Shown here piece by piece: positions 37,769-50,072 of a stretch of 64,000 nt of DNA (the first letter of the stretch is position 1; each line of letters opens with the position of its first letter). The stretch lies in the NCBI GenBank assembly GCA_036172245.1, contig JAYWIR010000087.1, forward strand, positions 124,001 to 188,000, given 5' to 3'. The stretch is from Raillietiella orientalis. Its lineage: Eukaryota. Below the pieces are notes generated by a model, which saw only the letters and a program-made list of their open reading frames with translations, did not search any database and was not told the origin of the DNA. The position numbers and the translations under genes are program-made.

Positions 37769-39514
37769 ATGGTGGCAGCGCCTAGCGTTGAAGCCATGGC
37801 CGAGATGGAAGCCTACAACAAAGCGGGTAATAAACTCTCGCTAGTCTACAAGGTAGGCAACCTTTTCGATGGGCGAACTGCACGCGCCTTTACGAATGCG
37901 CTGCAGAACGCCAATATCTTCGAAAAAGATCTTGACGGCCTCTGCGTCCTCAGCGGCGGGCAGCGGGTCGAGGTGGCATGCAAGGATATCACCTTGGCCC
38001 GACGCCTGATCACCGACCCGCTGATCGTTGATGGTCGCAAAATCTTAACGGTGACGATGGACCGCTCTGTGGTGGTCCATCTCACTGGGATCTCCAGTCG
38101 AATGACTAGGTCAGCGGTTCGAGAACAGTTACAAAAGCAAGGAGAAGTGCACGCGTTGTGGCCGAAGTCCACGATTTTCCAAGGCTACAATAGCCTTTTC
38201 GGAGGTCAAGCTGCGGCGCGTATCACAGTAAAAGAGGGTGCAGCGCTTATCCGCAAGCTGGAGGTCTGCCAAGAAACGGTGGACCTCTTGTACGTGGGGA
38301 AACGCCAATTTTGTGGCTACTGCAATGCAGCAGGGCATGTACGAAAAAGGTGCCCGAACATTGTGTGCCACCTATGCGGCGAAAAGGGTCACGTTCGGCG
38401 CGTGTGCCCCAAGCACCCCACCCCGGTGCCCCTTGCTGCCAAAAAGGCGCAGGGAAAACGTGGAAAGCTGGTAGAAAGACCACCTTGCGAAAATGGCCTT
38501 TCCCAACTGCCAGCCTCCCTTCCTCCCGTACAGACGTCGGAGGAAAGAGCTCTTGTGAACGCGGAAATGGAGGAGGGTTGGCAGCTGGTTCAGGCCAGAA
38601 AAGAGAAAAAAAAGAAAGTGATGCCAGAAGAAAAGTCGGAGAAGAAAACTGCCGGCAACAAGAAAAAAGCCGCGCCGCTTTCAAAAAAACAACTCCGCGA
38701 ATGCTCGGTGGCACTGGAACGCTTAGCCGTTCCTGCCGAGTCCGCCCGCGGCAATGTTCGCGGAACAGCTGATGCGGACGCGATGAATACTCGCGTGGAC
38801 GAGACCATTCTACGTTTAAAGGGTGAGACGCGAGACTCGCGCGCCGACAGCAAGGACGCCGCGCTCGATAAAGTCGCGGAGGAGCCCGCGGCAACGTTCG
38901 CCGTCAGCGATGACGCCGCGCTCGATAAGGTCGCGGAGCAGCCCGCGGCAACGGTCGCCGCTGGCGAAGACGCGGCCTTCGAGAAAGCGGCGGAGGAGCT
39001 CGCAGCAACGCTCGCCGAGCGCGAAACCCCGTCGCGCAAGGGCGTACGCTGGTCGCTTCCGACGAAAAAGGCCCCCGCAGGTGAGTGCGACCTGGGGGCT
39101 GGAAGAGGATCCTTCTCCTTGGAGGCACCCCTCAGGAAGTCGGGACGCAAGTTCCAGAAACCCAGGAGGCGCCTCCCCTCCACCAGCGAAAAGGAGAAGC
39201 CGGAAGGAAGCGGCAGCGTGGCAATACCGGAGGGGGAATACCCACGCCCGGAAGCCGTCGAGTCAGCCACCGCCATGGAGAAAGGTGAGCAGGGGGGTGA
39301 AGTCCTCCCTGCACTCGCGAAACCCGAGCAGCCCGAACCCATGGGGGAGGGCGAACAGGCAGGCGCGACTCCAGCTGCGGGTGATCCGGCCGACCCTCCG
39401 GCACCAATGGAGGAGGAGGAACAGGTGCCTTCAGTACCTGTTCCCCCTCCTCCTCCACCTTGCGTCCCGCCCCAGCAGGTGGCGGACGCCGCATCGCCGT
39501 TTACCCAGGACTAA
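37769..39514 (+). CDS. ORF1 gag-like protein, family A (two CCHC knuckles, basic and acidic/Pro-rich tail), N-terminus cut by an upstream stop
   Basis: 581-aa ORF with CGYCNAAGHVRKRC and CHLCGEKGHVRRVC. Confidence 0.85.
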   Translation: MVAAPSVEAMAEMEAYNKAGNKLSLVYKVGNLFDGRTARAFTNALQNANIFEKDLDGLCVLSGGQRVEVACKDITLARRLITDPLIVDGRKILTVTMDRSVVVHLTGISSRMTRSAVREQLQKQGEVHALWPKSTIFQGYNSLFGGQAAARITVKEGAALIRKLEVCQETVDLLYVGKRQFCGYCNAAGHVRKRCPNIVCHLCGEKGHVRRVCPKHPTPVPLAAKKAQGKRGKLVERPPCENGLSQLPASLPPVQTSEERALVNAEMEEGWQLVQARKEKKKKVMPEEKSEKKTAGNKKKAAPLSKKQLRECSVALERLAVPAESARGNVRGTADADAMNTRVDETILRLKGETRDSRADSKDAALDKVAEEPAATFAVSDDAALDKVAEQPAATVAAGEDAAFEKAAEELAATLAERETPSRKGVRWSLPTKKAPAGECDLGAGRGSFSLEAPLRKSGRKFQKPRRRLPSTSEKEKPEGSGSVAIPEGEYPRPEAVESATAMEKGEQGGEVLPALAKPEQPEPMGEGEQAGATPAAGDPADPPAPMEEEEQVPSVPVPPPPPPCVPPQQVADAASPFTQD

Positions 39515-40529
39515 CACCTGGGCTCGCCAGTCGCCGTCGGATTCGCGCGGCCTGATGGAACGTCAACGGGCTGCGCGACGACGGCAACAGGCGAGATACG
39601 GCGGACACCCTGCGTGAGCTCGACCTGGCGCTGCTGCAGGAGGTCCACGTGTTCACCGCGGCAGACGCCCAGAAGATCGAGTCGATCGCGGGGGGTCGGC
39701 TGTATTGGCGATGCGGCCTCCGCAACACCTGCGGGGTCGCGTTCTTCGTGAAGCCGGCCATCGAGGCTGCCGTAAAGGGCGTGCGGTTCGATGACGACGG
39801 TCGGATCGGTCAGCTGATTCTCAGCTGGTCCGACTCGATCGACCTAATCGTCACAAACGTGTATGGCCCCAGCGGCGAAAAGGGGTACCGCGACCGCACT
39901 AGGCTGTTGGAAATCCGGAAGCACGACTGGCTGGCGGATACCAATGTGCGAAGGGCTCACCTGATAGCGGGAGATTTCAATCTCCGCCTGCTAACAGGTG
40001 AGCCGGAAACACAAGTGAACGCGATGAACGAGTTGTGCGCCGCCATGCGTGCGCGCAACTTGTTCGCGTGTGAGAGCGGAATGGTCCACAGCATCGACCA
40101 CGTCTTCCTCGACGCTGACCTGTGTTCACGCGTCGGCAAACAAGGCAGGGTTGTGTCTACGTTGTCGGACCATTCCCGGCTAATTTTCGAGATGCGGCCT
40201 CGCGACAAAGGACCGCCATCCAGGGATTGGGGTCTGCCGGGAGACTGGACGCGACTCTCAGGTGCGAAGGAACGCTTTCGCGAATACATGAGAAGCGTCA
40301 CGCTACGGAATCTCCATTGAAACCCGGGTGCGCCGGGACGTTTATTCTAACGAATAAACTTATACAATCTGTGACTGGACCAGTAGTCCAGCCACGCCCT
40401 GGAAAGATATAGCCTGCCGGGCTACCGGTGCGCAGACCGGCGCGGTCGACCTCGGCAGCAGAGGGAAGGGGGAACGAAACAAAAAGAAAACAAAAAATAA
40501 ACAAAAATCAGGGAGGGAGCGGGAAGGGA

Positions 40530-43500
40530 TCACAGTCTGCTGGGAGGGGCCGTCATCCTCTGGAGGATGCCGGCAAGCTGTTTCTGCTTGTGTGGTTCCA
40601 GATGGGGCCATCGCGTCGCCATCCTGAGGAAACGGGCAGCATACACGTTGGCATCCCTGTCGCTGGATCCTCCCGTCGCTTTGCTCCATGCCACGACGAT
40701 CCCGCGTAGGCAGCACAGGGCTGCAAGCGAGGCCGCTGGAGGCAGGGCGTCACGGACGAAGAGGGGGCGCAAAGCGTCTCTGGGGTTGCCTCCGGGGATC
40801 CCCAGGGCTGCGGCAAAGCGTTCCCACAAGGGACGGAGGGCAACACAATCCACTAACAGGTGGGGGAGGTATTCCCTCTCCCCGCACCTGACACAATAAG
40901 GGTTGACACCCCCCCGCGTCCAGTGGTGTCGGCGGGCGTTGCAAGGAAGCCCCCAATGCAACACCATCAGTGCCGACTGTTGCCACTTCATGGGGAGGGT
41001 GCGCGAGTCCATGAGCACACGAGGCCACTCGAGATGTTCCTCTGGAACATCCAGTAGCTCTCCCCAGCGCAAAAGTCCATTTGGGGTGGTCCTCGGGGTC
41101 GCAGCGTTGGTGAGCTGACCCTTTCTCCAATCCCCGATCTTCTTTGCCCTGCTGGCGATCTTGACAGTAACCTCCCATTGTGCCGCGACGTCGCTGCCCA
41201 GATGTTCCCGTAGGGTAGGAAGTACCGCAGCAAGGGAGGTTCTTTGTGCCCACGCTCTCCTTCGGGGATTCTCGATGGTTTCTCGGAGCGTGCGGCGGGC
41301 ATGCGGCCCGAACAGAGCTATTCGCTCGTGTTGCGGGCTCTGCTCCTGAATCATCGCCCACGTGCGGACGGTTTCCTGCAACCAGGCAGGACCGTTCGCG
41401 GGGCGTAGGAGGATCCGCGCCGAGTTGTTCTTCACGAGCTCGGCCGCCCTCCGAAGTTGAAGTCCGCAGTGGCAGATGGGGCTTCGGAGTGCAAAGTAGG
41501 ACGAGAGTCCCGCATTGCCGGTGGCCCGCTCGACGAGGAGACGTGCAGGGAGGAACCAAGGGGTGCACCAATTTCCTGCCATAAAGGCAACAATTCGGGA
41601 CTGGAGCTGTAGCTCCAGCCGCTCCAACGTCAGGAGGCCCAGACCACCATCCCGACGAGGAGCGCACAAGTCCGAAAGACGGACTCGGGGCCTCCCTCTG
41701 CCCCAAAAGGCGATCCTCAGGAGGTCCTTCGTCCTCTTCTTTGACTCCGCTGAGGGGGGGCAAACAAAAAGCAAGGGGCGAAGCAGGGGGGACGCAAACG
41801 CGTTCCACGCCGCGGCCCGTTCCTGCAGGTAGAACCTGCCGTCCTGGAACGGGCCGATCGCCGCCTGAGCCTTCTGAAGGCAGCCGGACCACGCTTCCGC
41901 AGGTGAGTACTCCCCCACCGGCACACCAAGGTACTTGAAGTACCTCACCGTGGGGATCCCCAAACGGACCCAGTCCTGCTGCCCTGCCCACGCCGCTCCG
42001 ACGGGCATTACGGACGACTTCGCCCTGTTCACCGTCAGTCCTGTTCCACGACTCAGCAGGTCGAAGAAGTCCTCGACCGCCGAGGCCGGGGTGGACATAG
42101 GCAGCAGCAGCAGAAGATCGTCCGCGTACGCCGAAACCGCAGGCGTACCGGGGCAATCGCACGGCAGGTGCGCAAGAGTCTCCCTATACGCTCTCAGCAC
42201 CAATTCGAAAAAGGCGCTAAAGAGCAGGGGGCTCAGGCTGTCTCCCTGCCGTATGCCGCGTCGCACCGGTACTCCGTGCACGGTTTGCCCGCTGAAAAGA
42301 ACATTAATGAGCGCGTCGCGCCAGCTGGAGCGCAGGTAGGCCAACAAAGAGGCCGGGAAGCCCAAGCGTTCCAGAAGCTCCAGCAGGAGATTCTGGTAGA
42401 CGCTGTCGAATGCTTTACGCAAGTCGACAGCGACCGCAAGGGCTCACTTCCCCACCCAACCGTTCCGTCTCCCGCCAACGGACGCACCGGAATTCCGGCT
42501 GCTCAATAAGCCCCTTCCTTGTTGGAGCTCTAACCATGTGGAAGTGTGGAACAGGTTCGCCTCCATGCTCCGCCCGGGAACAGCGTAAGTCTGTTCCGGG
42601 CTGATGAAGATGTTGGCGACCCGTCGCAGGCGCTCTGCCCACATCTTGGCTATCAACTTGGCGTCCGCATTCACTATTGTGATGGGACGCCAGTTGTTCA
42701 TGCTCCTTAGGTCTCCTCCCTTCGGGAGGAGCCGCACCTTTGCTGAACGAAACGAGGTGGGAACGTCACCTGTTTCACGGATCAGCAAGGTGAGTTGATG
42801 TACCAGGGGAGTAAGCTCAGACGCGAAAGTTTGGTAAAACTCCGCAGGCAGGCCGTCCTCCCCTGGAGTATTCCGCCTCTTGAGCTTTCCGATGGCCGAG
42901 AGGATCTCGTCCATCGTGAAAGGCTCATCGAGGCTTCTTTTCTCCTCCTCCTTGAACGCTGGAGCACCTTCCGGAAGCAGAAGTCGTGAGACGTCTCGCT
43001 CCGGAGGCGCCCTGGCGTACAGGGAGGAGTAAAATTTTCTTACTATCCCGCGTCTCTGAGCAAGAACCGAGTGCTCCCAGCCCTGGTCGTCCAGCAAGCT
43101 GGCTGATCCGGATTGCCAGGCTTGCCTCTCGGCTCCCGCTCGATACTCTGCTAACCTGCGCATGTCGAAGGATCTCGCGTAACGTCGGGCCTGAAGATAG
43201 CACCTTTCGTTACGCGGCCCCTCCCCAAAACCCGCAGGTAGGCGATGCAGGGGGAACTGATCGCAGAACTCCTGGACCGACCGCTTGAAGCGGTCCCAGT
43301 CCTGAAGTGTCTGCATCCTGAAGCTCCGAATAAACGCGCGGAGGTGCTCCGCCGCGTCGGGAAACATCAGCCAGTCCCCTGGCAGACGCCACGCTGACGA
43401 GGGGGGGCCCTTGTCGCGCGGACGGATTTCGAACATGATCCGACCATGGTCCGACAGCTCGGATGGTACCTTGCCGCGCCTGCCCACCCGAGAGCATAGG

Positions 43501-43960
43501 TGCTTATCAAGGTACACGTGATCGATGCTGCTTTCCATGGCCGTGTCCCCGGCCAACAAGTTGCGCGTGTTCATTTCTGCGCACAACTCGTTGACGCGGT
43601 CGTTCAGTGTATCCGGCGCACCTGAAAGCAGGCGCAGGTTGAAATCACCTGCGATCAGGTGCGCTTTGCGATCTCCTGCATCGGTCAGCCAGTCGCGTCT
43701 CAGGGCAAGGTAGAATTCCCTTCTTGCCTTCGCCTTCAACGCGTTATTTCCGCTAGGAGCGTATAGGTTGGTGACGACCAGGTCGATAGAGTCGGACCAG
43801 CTGAGAGTCACCGGACCGACGCGACCTGCGTCATCGAACCGAACGTCCTTTATTGCGGTCTCGATGGCTGGCCGAAGCAGGAAGGCGACACCGCTTGATT
43901 TCGCGGTGCCGCAACGCCACAACAGCCGCCCACCCGAGATCCGTTCGATCTCCTGCGCTC
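40530..43960 (-). pseudogene. ORF2 EN-RT-zinc finger of layer 3, interrupted near its N-terminus, one frameshift near 42440
   Basis: ORF 42444-44156 (from AQEIER: NLYAP, GDFN, IDH, SDH, NNWRPIT) and ORF 40530-42422 (KAFD, GIRQGDSLSP, YADD, KYLGV, CVRC..HLLVDC). Confidence 0.92.
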
Positions 43961-44076
43961 GTACAGTGCAGACGTGTTTCCGCGTCTTTCCGCGCCAACG
44001 ATCGGGCAACTTTGTGCCTGCGTTTTTGCTCGCACTTGTGTGTTCCTGTGCAATCTGCCAAGTAGCATAGTGCAAC

Positions 44077-45981
44077 ATGGCCAGTACACAGGATAGTGTG
44101 GAGGAGCAAGCCACTGGATGCACGTCAGCTGCACTTGAAGTGGCCGCATCCTCCATAATGGTTTCCTCGCCCCCGGTGAGGAGTTACGCCGTCGTTACCT
44201 CCCAAAGACCAGGACCCTGAGATGCGGAGTTCCAGGCATATGTGTCATCAGGATACATGCCTGCACTCCGTTATAAGGTCAGTGGGCCACTTAACGGGAG
44301 AATCGGTCGTGAGCTCAATGATGAGCTCGTCCGGATAGGCGTTCGCGAGGAGGAACTCCTTGCCATAATGCCTGCTGGCAGGAGGGAATATACGAAGATT
44401 CGGTGCAAGAACGCAGCACTTGTGCAGCGCCTTCTCCGTACGCCGTTGACCATCAATGGCAAGGAAGTCCTACCTACCGCGATGGACGACTCTTTTGTCG
44501 TTCAATTGTGCGACATCGAACCGGAAATCTCCGACCGCGATGTCGTAAGTGTGCTGGCGAAGTTCGCCACCGTGCATGCTCTGTGGAGGACGCCAAATTT
44601 TCTAAAGGATTTCCCCTCTGTCCACATTGGACAAGCCTCCGCGCGGATCACCGTCGCGAACAGGCGTGTTGTGCCTGAGCAGCTGCAGGTGAACGGCACG
44701 GTCGTTCACCTGTGGTTCATAGGCCAGACTCGCGCGTGCGAGCAGTGCGGCAAGGATGGGCACCGAATTAAAGAGTGCCCCTCTCCAAGATGCCGCTATT
44801 GCAAAGATTCCGGGCACGAAATCAAGAAGTGCCCGGTACTTGCAAGAAAAAGAGCCGCAGCGGAAATTCGTCGGGTTCATGAGACCACGGCACGAAAAGC
44901 CGCAGCGGCAAATAAAAAACGTCGTCCGCAAAAACTCGAAAAAAACCACGAGCGATCCGCGGATAAAAAGAAAGCATCCCCGCCCGCAACGACCCGAAAG
45001 GGGAAAGTCACGGCGGGGAAGCCAATTAAAAAGGGGCGCGAGGGTTTGACGCGTGCCGTGCCTTCCCTCTCTGCCGAACTCGCAGGCACCCTTCCGAACC
45101 TGGAACCAGGAAATCTCCGTAACACCCTGGAGGGAAAGGTAGGAAAACAGGAAGATCGCAACAGTGCGAAGACTTCTTGCCCCGTTCCGTTGTCCCTTCC
45201 GAGTTCCGGACAGCCCCACTGCAGCGCAGGCCCCACTGCAAAGGCTACGAAAGCCGTAAAAAGCAGCGTCGCAACGAGCAAAAGCACGCTGCATGCAGTC
45301 GCCCCATCGCCGACTCGGCAGGAGAGGAGCAATCTCCCGACTGTCAAGAAGGTGACTCCGTTGCCGCCTTTTAAAGGCGTAGCGAAAGCAACGCCCCCAG
45401 AGAACGCAGCGGAAATCCCGGAGGTTTCCGCAACTACTGTCGCGGAAGCTTCCGAAAATCGCGAAGGCGAATGGAAGGTTGTGGAGAGGAGGAAAGAAAA
45501 ATCTCCAAAGAAAGCTCCGCAACCTCCATCCCTGAGCTCTTCCAAAGGAAAAAGCAGTCGCGCGAATACGAAAACACGCGCGGCTTGTGACTCTTCCAAG
45601 GAAAAAGCCAACGCCTTCAACGCGTGCAAGTCCGCTTCTTTGACCGCCGAGAAGACCATTCCGGTGCAATCGGACGGATGCACGCGCACGTCGATCGTGC
45701 GAGCATCAGACTTCGCAAAGGAGTCCGATAACGCAGCTGAACGACGCGTAACTCGCGCGGGAGCGAGCGCCCGCAGGGCTGAAGCCCTGAGGCGTGACAC
45801 ACTCGCCGCGGAACGGCGAGTGCTCACCCCGGAACCCACAGGTTCTGCACCCGGGGAGGAGCACCCGATTACGTGCAGCACAGTTGAGGCCGGTGGCGAC
45901 CGCGCCCTCCAGCCCGTCGTGCTGCTTACTGCCCGCTCGCCGGGTGAGGCGAGCACCACGGCCTCGCTTTCCCAGCCGTGA
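44077..45981 (+). pseudogene. ORF1 gag-like protein, family B, in-frame TGA at 44218-44220
   Basis: The ATG at 44077 is in frame with ORF 44242-45981, which has CEQCGKDGHRIKEC and CRYCKDSGHEIKKC. Confidence 0.85.
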
Positions 45982-48900
45982 TGAGGGCAATCGCGTCTTC
46001 TCGTCGTGTTGCCGTAACGTCTTGGAACGTCAACGGGCTCCAACACAAGGAGAAGAGGCGACTAGTGGCTGACGCTCTGCGCGCCTTCGACTTGACGCTC
46101 CTGCAGGAGATTCACAGCATCTCCGGAGAGCAGGCTGCCGAAATCGAACGGCGCGCGGGCGGAACGCTACTTTATAGGTGCGGCGTTGCACGTACGTGCG
46201 GTGTCGCTTTCCTCGTACGAGGAACTTTGGCGGGAGCGGTGCGCAGCGTTCGTTTCGACACGGAAGGCCGAGTGGGACAGCTTGTACTCAAGTGGTCCGA
46301 CTCGATCGACCTTGTCGTAACCAACGTGTACGCGCCGAGCGGTGCTGGACGATGGGCCGAAAGGATTGAGTTCTTCGGTACCCTTCAAGGCCAGTGGCTC
46401 ACTCGATCTCACCCTACTGTGGCCCATCTCATTGCGGGGGACTTTAACGTCCACCTGCTTTCTGAGAATAGATCCCACAAAAGGGAAAAGTTGCTAGCGG
46501 AAGAGATGTGCGCGTCCGTGCACGCGTGCAACTTGTTCGCTAGCGACCCTGTTATGGCAGCAACGCCGGACCACGTATACCTTGATGAACACTTGCTCTG
46601 TCGAGTGGGTCGGAGAGGTCCCGTGCCGTCCGTGCTTTCAGACCACAACAGGCTCGAGTTCGAGTTGCTCCCGCCAGTCAAGGGGCCTCCAAACTGTTTT
46701 TGGAGGATGCCGGCAGACTGGCTAAGCCACCCGGAGGCGGCTGAGCATCTTCGCCAGTACCTCCTCGGCTTTGCCATAAGTGAGCTCGAGGACTGGGACG
46801 ATCTGAAAAGATCGTTCCGCGAGTTCTGCTGCCGGTTTCCCTTGCACCAGCTTCCGCGCGGCTTCGGAGAGGGCGTAGCCAACAGCAGAGATTTTCTGCA
46901 GGCCCGCTCCTTTCCAGGCGCGCGGACGTTGGTCGATTATCCGAGTACAAGGCCAAGGCCGAGCGCCAGGTCTGGCAGTCAGGGGCGACAGTTCTGCTCG
47001 ACGACCAGGACCGGGAATGCTCGGCTCCAGCCGACGTGTGACGGATAGTCAGGCGCTATTACTCTTCTCTGTATGCAGAGGCACCGACGGAACGCAGCCT
47101 CTCCCGGCTGCTTCTGCCGATTGATGCACCTGTTGTAGACGAGGAGGAACGCGCGCGTCTTGATGAGCCCTTCACGGCAGAGGAAATTTCCTCGGCCATC
47201 TCGGGGCTCAAGAGACGAAAAGCGCCAGGCGAAGATGGGCTCCCCGCGGAAGTCTTTCAGTGTTTTGCGGCGGAGCTCATCCCTCTGGTGCTCCAGCTCT
47301 CGTCGCTGATGCGAGACTCGCGCGATGTCCCCGCCTCGTTTCGCTCAGCGAAGGTGCGTCTACTGCCGAAAGGCGGAGATTTGTGCCAACTGAACAACTG
47401 GCGTCCGATCACATTAGTGAATTCGGACGTCAAGTTGTTCTCGAAACTTTGGGTGGCGCGGATGGGTAGGATCGCGGAATCCTGGGTAAGTCCGGAGCAG
47501 ACGTACGCTGTTCCTGGGCGGTCCATGGACGCGAATCTCTTGTTCATCCGCACATGGCTGCAATTGCAGCATCGTGTGGCGGTGGATCGTCGTGCGGAAG
47601 CGACGCCTTCGATCTCTCACCGACGGAGGCGCCGGACGCAAAGGGAGACACCGGGAGCCTTGGCGGTTGCAGTCGATCTGCACAAAGCTTTCGATTGCGT
47701 GAACCAAAAGCTTCTTCTTGAGCTTTTGGAACGTCTGGGTCTTCCGGCATCCCTGTTGGCGTACTTGCGCTCCTGCTGGCGCCACGCAATTACATCCATT
47801 GTTTTCAGTGGCTGTCGCGTGTACGGCGTGCCGGTACGACGAGGAATTAGGCAGGGTGACAGCTTAAGCCCGCTGCTCTTCAGCATCTATTTTGAATTGG
47901 TGCTGGAGGCTTACAGGCTGACGCTAGCCAACCTGCCGTGCTCCTGTCCAGGTACGCCCGCCGTGGCAGCCTATGCCGACGACCTGCTTCTCCTGTTGCC
48001 CATGTCCACCCCGACAGCGTCGCTTGAAGATTTCTTTGAGTTGATCCGTCGTGGTGCGGGCGTGAGCGTTAACAGGAGTAAGTGTATGGTTGTTCCGGTT
48101 GGTGCGACGGGGGAGGGGCAGTCCGACTGGATCGACCTGGGGATCCCCACGGGCAGGTACCTCAGGTACCTTGGCGTGCCGTTGGGCGACTTCTGCGTCT
48201 CAGAAGCGTGGTCGGACTGCCTTCGGAAGGCAGAGCGTGCACTTAGCCCGTTTTCAGGAGGCGAGTTCGTCTTGCCGGAACGGGCCTGCATCTGGAACAC
48301 CTTCGTTGCCCCCCTCCTCCGCCACCTGTTTTTTGTTTGTCCACCCCCCCAGGAAGTCAAAGTCTGGGCGCAGCGCCTTCTACGCAAAGCGTTGTGGGGC
48401 GCTGCAAGATCCCGTGTTAGACTTAAAGACTTGGTGGCGCCGCGTCAGGATGCAGGCTTGGGCATCCTCGACTTAAACAGCATCGAACTGCAGGTGCAGT
48501 TTCGCATGCTACGGCTCTGTGCCAAGCTGTGGTGTACGCCGTGGTGCTTACCCGCACGCCTTATACTGAGGCGCTGCACGGGAAGCGAGGGACTGCTTTC
48601 GTTGCTACCCCACTTTCGGCACACCAGAATAGGGTTTGGCTTCCCGCTGAGGCAGCTGTCCTCACTGCTGGAAGCCCAAAGCTGGATCTCCTGCCGCCCC
48701 ATGAACATTAATCTATGGCGGCAGGAATCTTTTTCATCGTGGGCAGCTTCCGAAGGAACGCGCCCGGAAGATCTTCGACGCCTGCGACTTCTCCTCAGTC
48801 ATCAAATGGACGAAGTCATGCAGGACAAGAAGTTGTCGGATCGTCTGGCCGCCACACCACTCGCCGTAGCGCTGTCTGCCCTCAGGGCAAGCAACGACGG

Positions 48901-49552
48901 TTGCCTACCGGCGGAATGGGAGTTCTCCTGCAAAATATCGGGAGTCAGTAAGCTCCTCGGCAGCTGGACGACAAAGGAGCTGGTGCAAGCCGCCACACCT
49001 CGGAATCGGGCGAAGGGACTGCTTCGGTGGAGCGAACATTTAAGTGTGCCCCCCGGAGAGATAGTGTTTCCCCCCGTTTGTTTGGACAGCTCCGTGTTCC
49101 CCCTTAAGTGGAAACAAGATGTGCTGCTCTTTTTACATTGTGCATTTCACTGTAATAGGCAGCGAAGCATCGTTTCCGGGGGAGCTGCTTTGCCAAACTG
49201 TTTAAGGTGCGGAGAGATCGAGTCTTTTCCGCACCTTTTTTTGGACTGCGGTGACCTCCGGGAACTGTGGCGAAGGCTCACTTCGGCCATCATGCCACAA
49301 GGAGGCACTGCCATTGATGTGCTGCGGCGCTTCTTCAGCAGAAATGGACTTTCGGTTGGCGCGATTGTCGCAACCATGTGTTGCGTTCGCGCCATCGTGA
49401 AGGCCCACTATGCCCTGGAGTTGTCATCGCAGCGAAGGGAGGCTCACCTGCTTGCAGCTCAATTCATGGAGAAGGCTTCAAGGTGGTCTCATCTTCGTGA
49501 CAAGGTGAATGAGGACATCACCGGCATACATCGCCGGTTTACACACCTTTGA
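45981..49552 (+). pseudogene. ORF2 AP endonuclease / RT / CCHC finger, frameshift near 46915 and stop near 47040
   Basis: EN is in ORF 45978-47048. ORF 47288-49552 (754 aa) has AVDLHKAFD, GIRQGDSLSP, YADD, RYLGV and CLRC..ESFPHLFLDC. Confidence 0.93.
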
Positions 49553-49879
49553 GAACGGCGTAATCCGGTGACCCCGGCGACCTCTCGCCCACCCATACCC
49601 CGTCCCCGTTCGCTCGGTAAAATTTCCGGTGCCCATGCTTTTATCCCCGTGTCTTCCAGAGCGATCCCAAAGACCCTTATCCCGTCCTCCTGATTCATTG
49701 TTTTTATTTTATTTTGGTTTCTTTGTGTTTCCCGCCCCCCCACACCGTTCACAAAACTGTTACTCTGGCCTGCCTGCCAGCAATATTCTCTTCATTCTTG
49801 TTCAGTCGTCGGTTGGGAGTTTGGTTCCCAACTGGTTTATTTTGTATAATTGCTTTTTTTTTTTGGTTATGTTATATGG

Positions 49880-49909
49880 AATAAACGCCCCGGCGTGACC
49901 GGGTGAGAA
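49880..49909 (+). other. Conserved 3'-terminal AATAAA plus CCCGG-N5-CCGGG stem-loop (representative copy)
   Basis: Recognisable at 11 element ends in the window. See findings. Confidence 0.8.
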
Positions 49910-50072
49910 ATCTCCCGGGCTTGATCTGCGGAGATTACGTGGATCTCCTTCAGCATCACCAGGTCGAAGGATGCCAGGGTGGCGGCCACGTCACGCCTCT
50001 TGCCGTCGTCGCTTAGCCCGTTCACGTTCCAACAGGCGATCAGAAGATGACGGCGAGAGGCGATTCCCGGCA

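Larger units (their letters stand above)
43962..49909 (+). mobile_element. Nest layer 4: uninterrupted full-length family B element (~5.95 kb)
   Basis: 5' GTGCAGACGTGTTTCC and 3' AATAAACGCCCCGGCGTGACCGGGTGAGAA. The flanks are ATCTCCTGCGCTCG (43948-43961) / ATCTCCCGGGCTTG (49910-49923), 11 of 14 identical. Confidence 0.93.

Noticed and set aside
47288..49552. Prokaryotic RT system (group II intron, retron, DGR, CRISPR-RT) suggested by YADD
   Set aside because: The RT is flanked by an AP endonuclease and a C-terminal CCHC finger, preceded by a zinc-knuckle ORF1 and followed by AATAAA. This is L1/Tx1 architecture.
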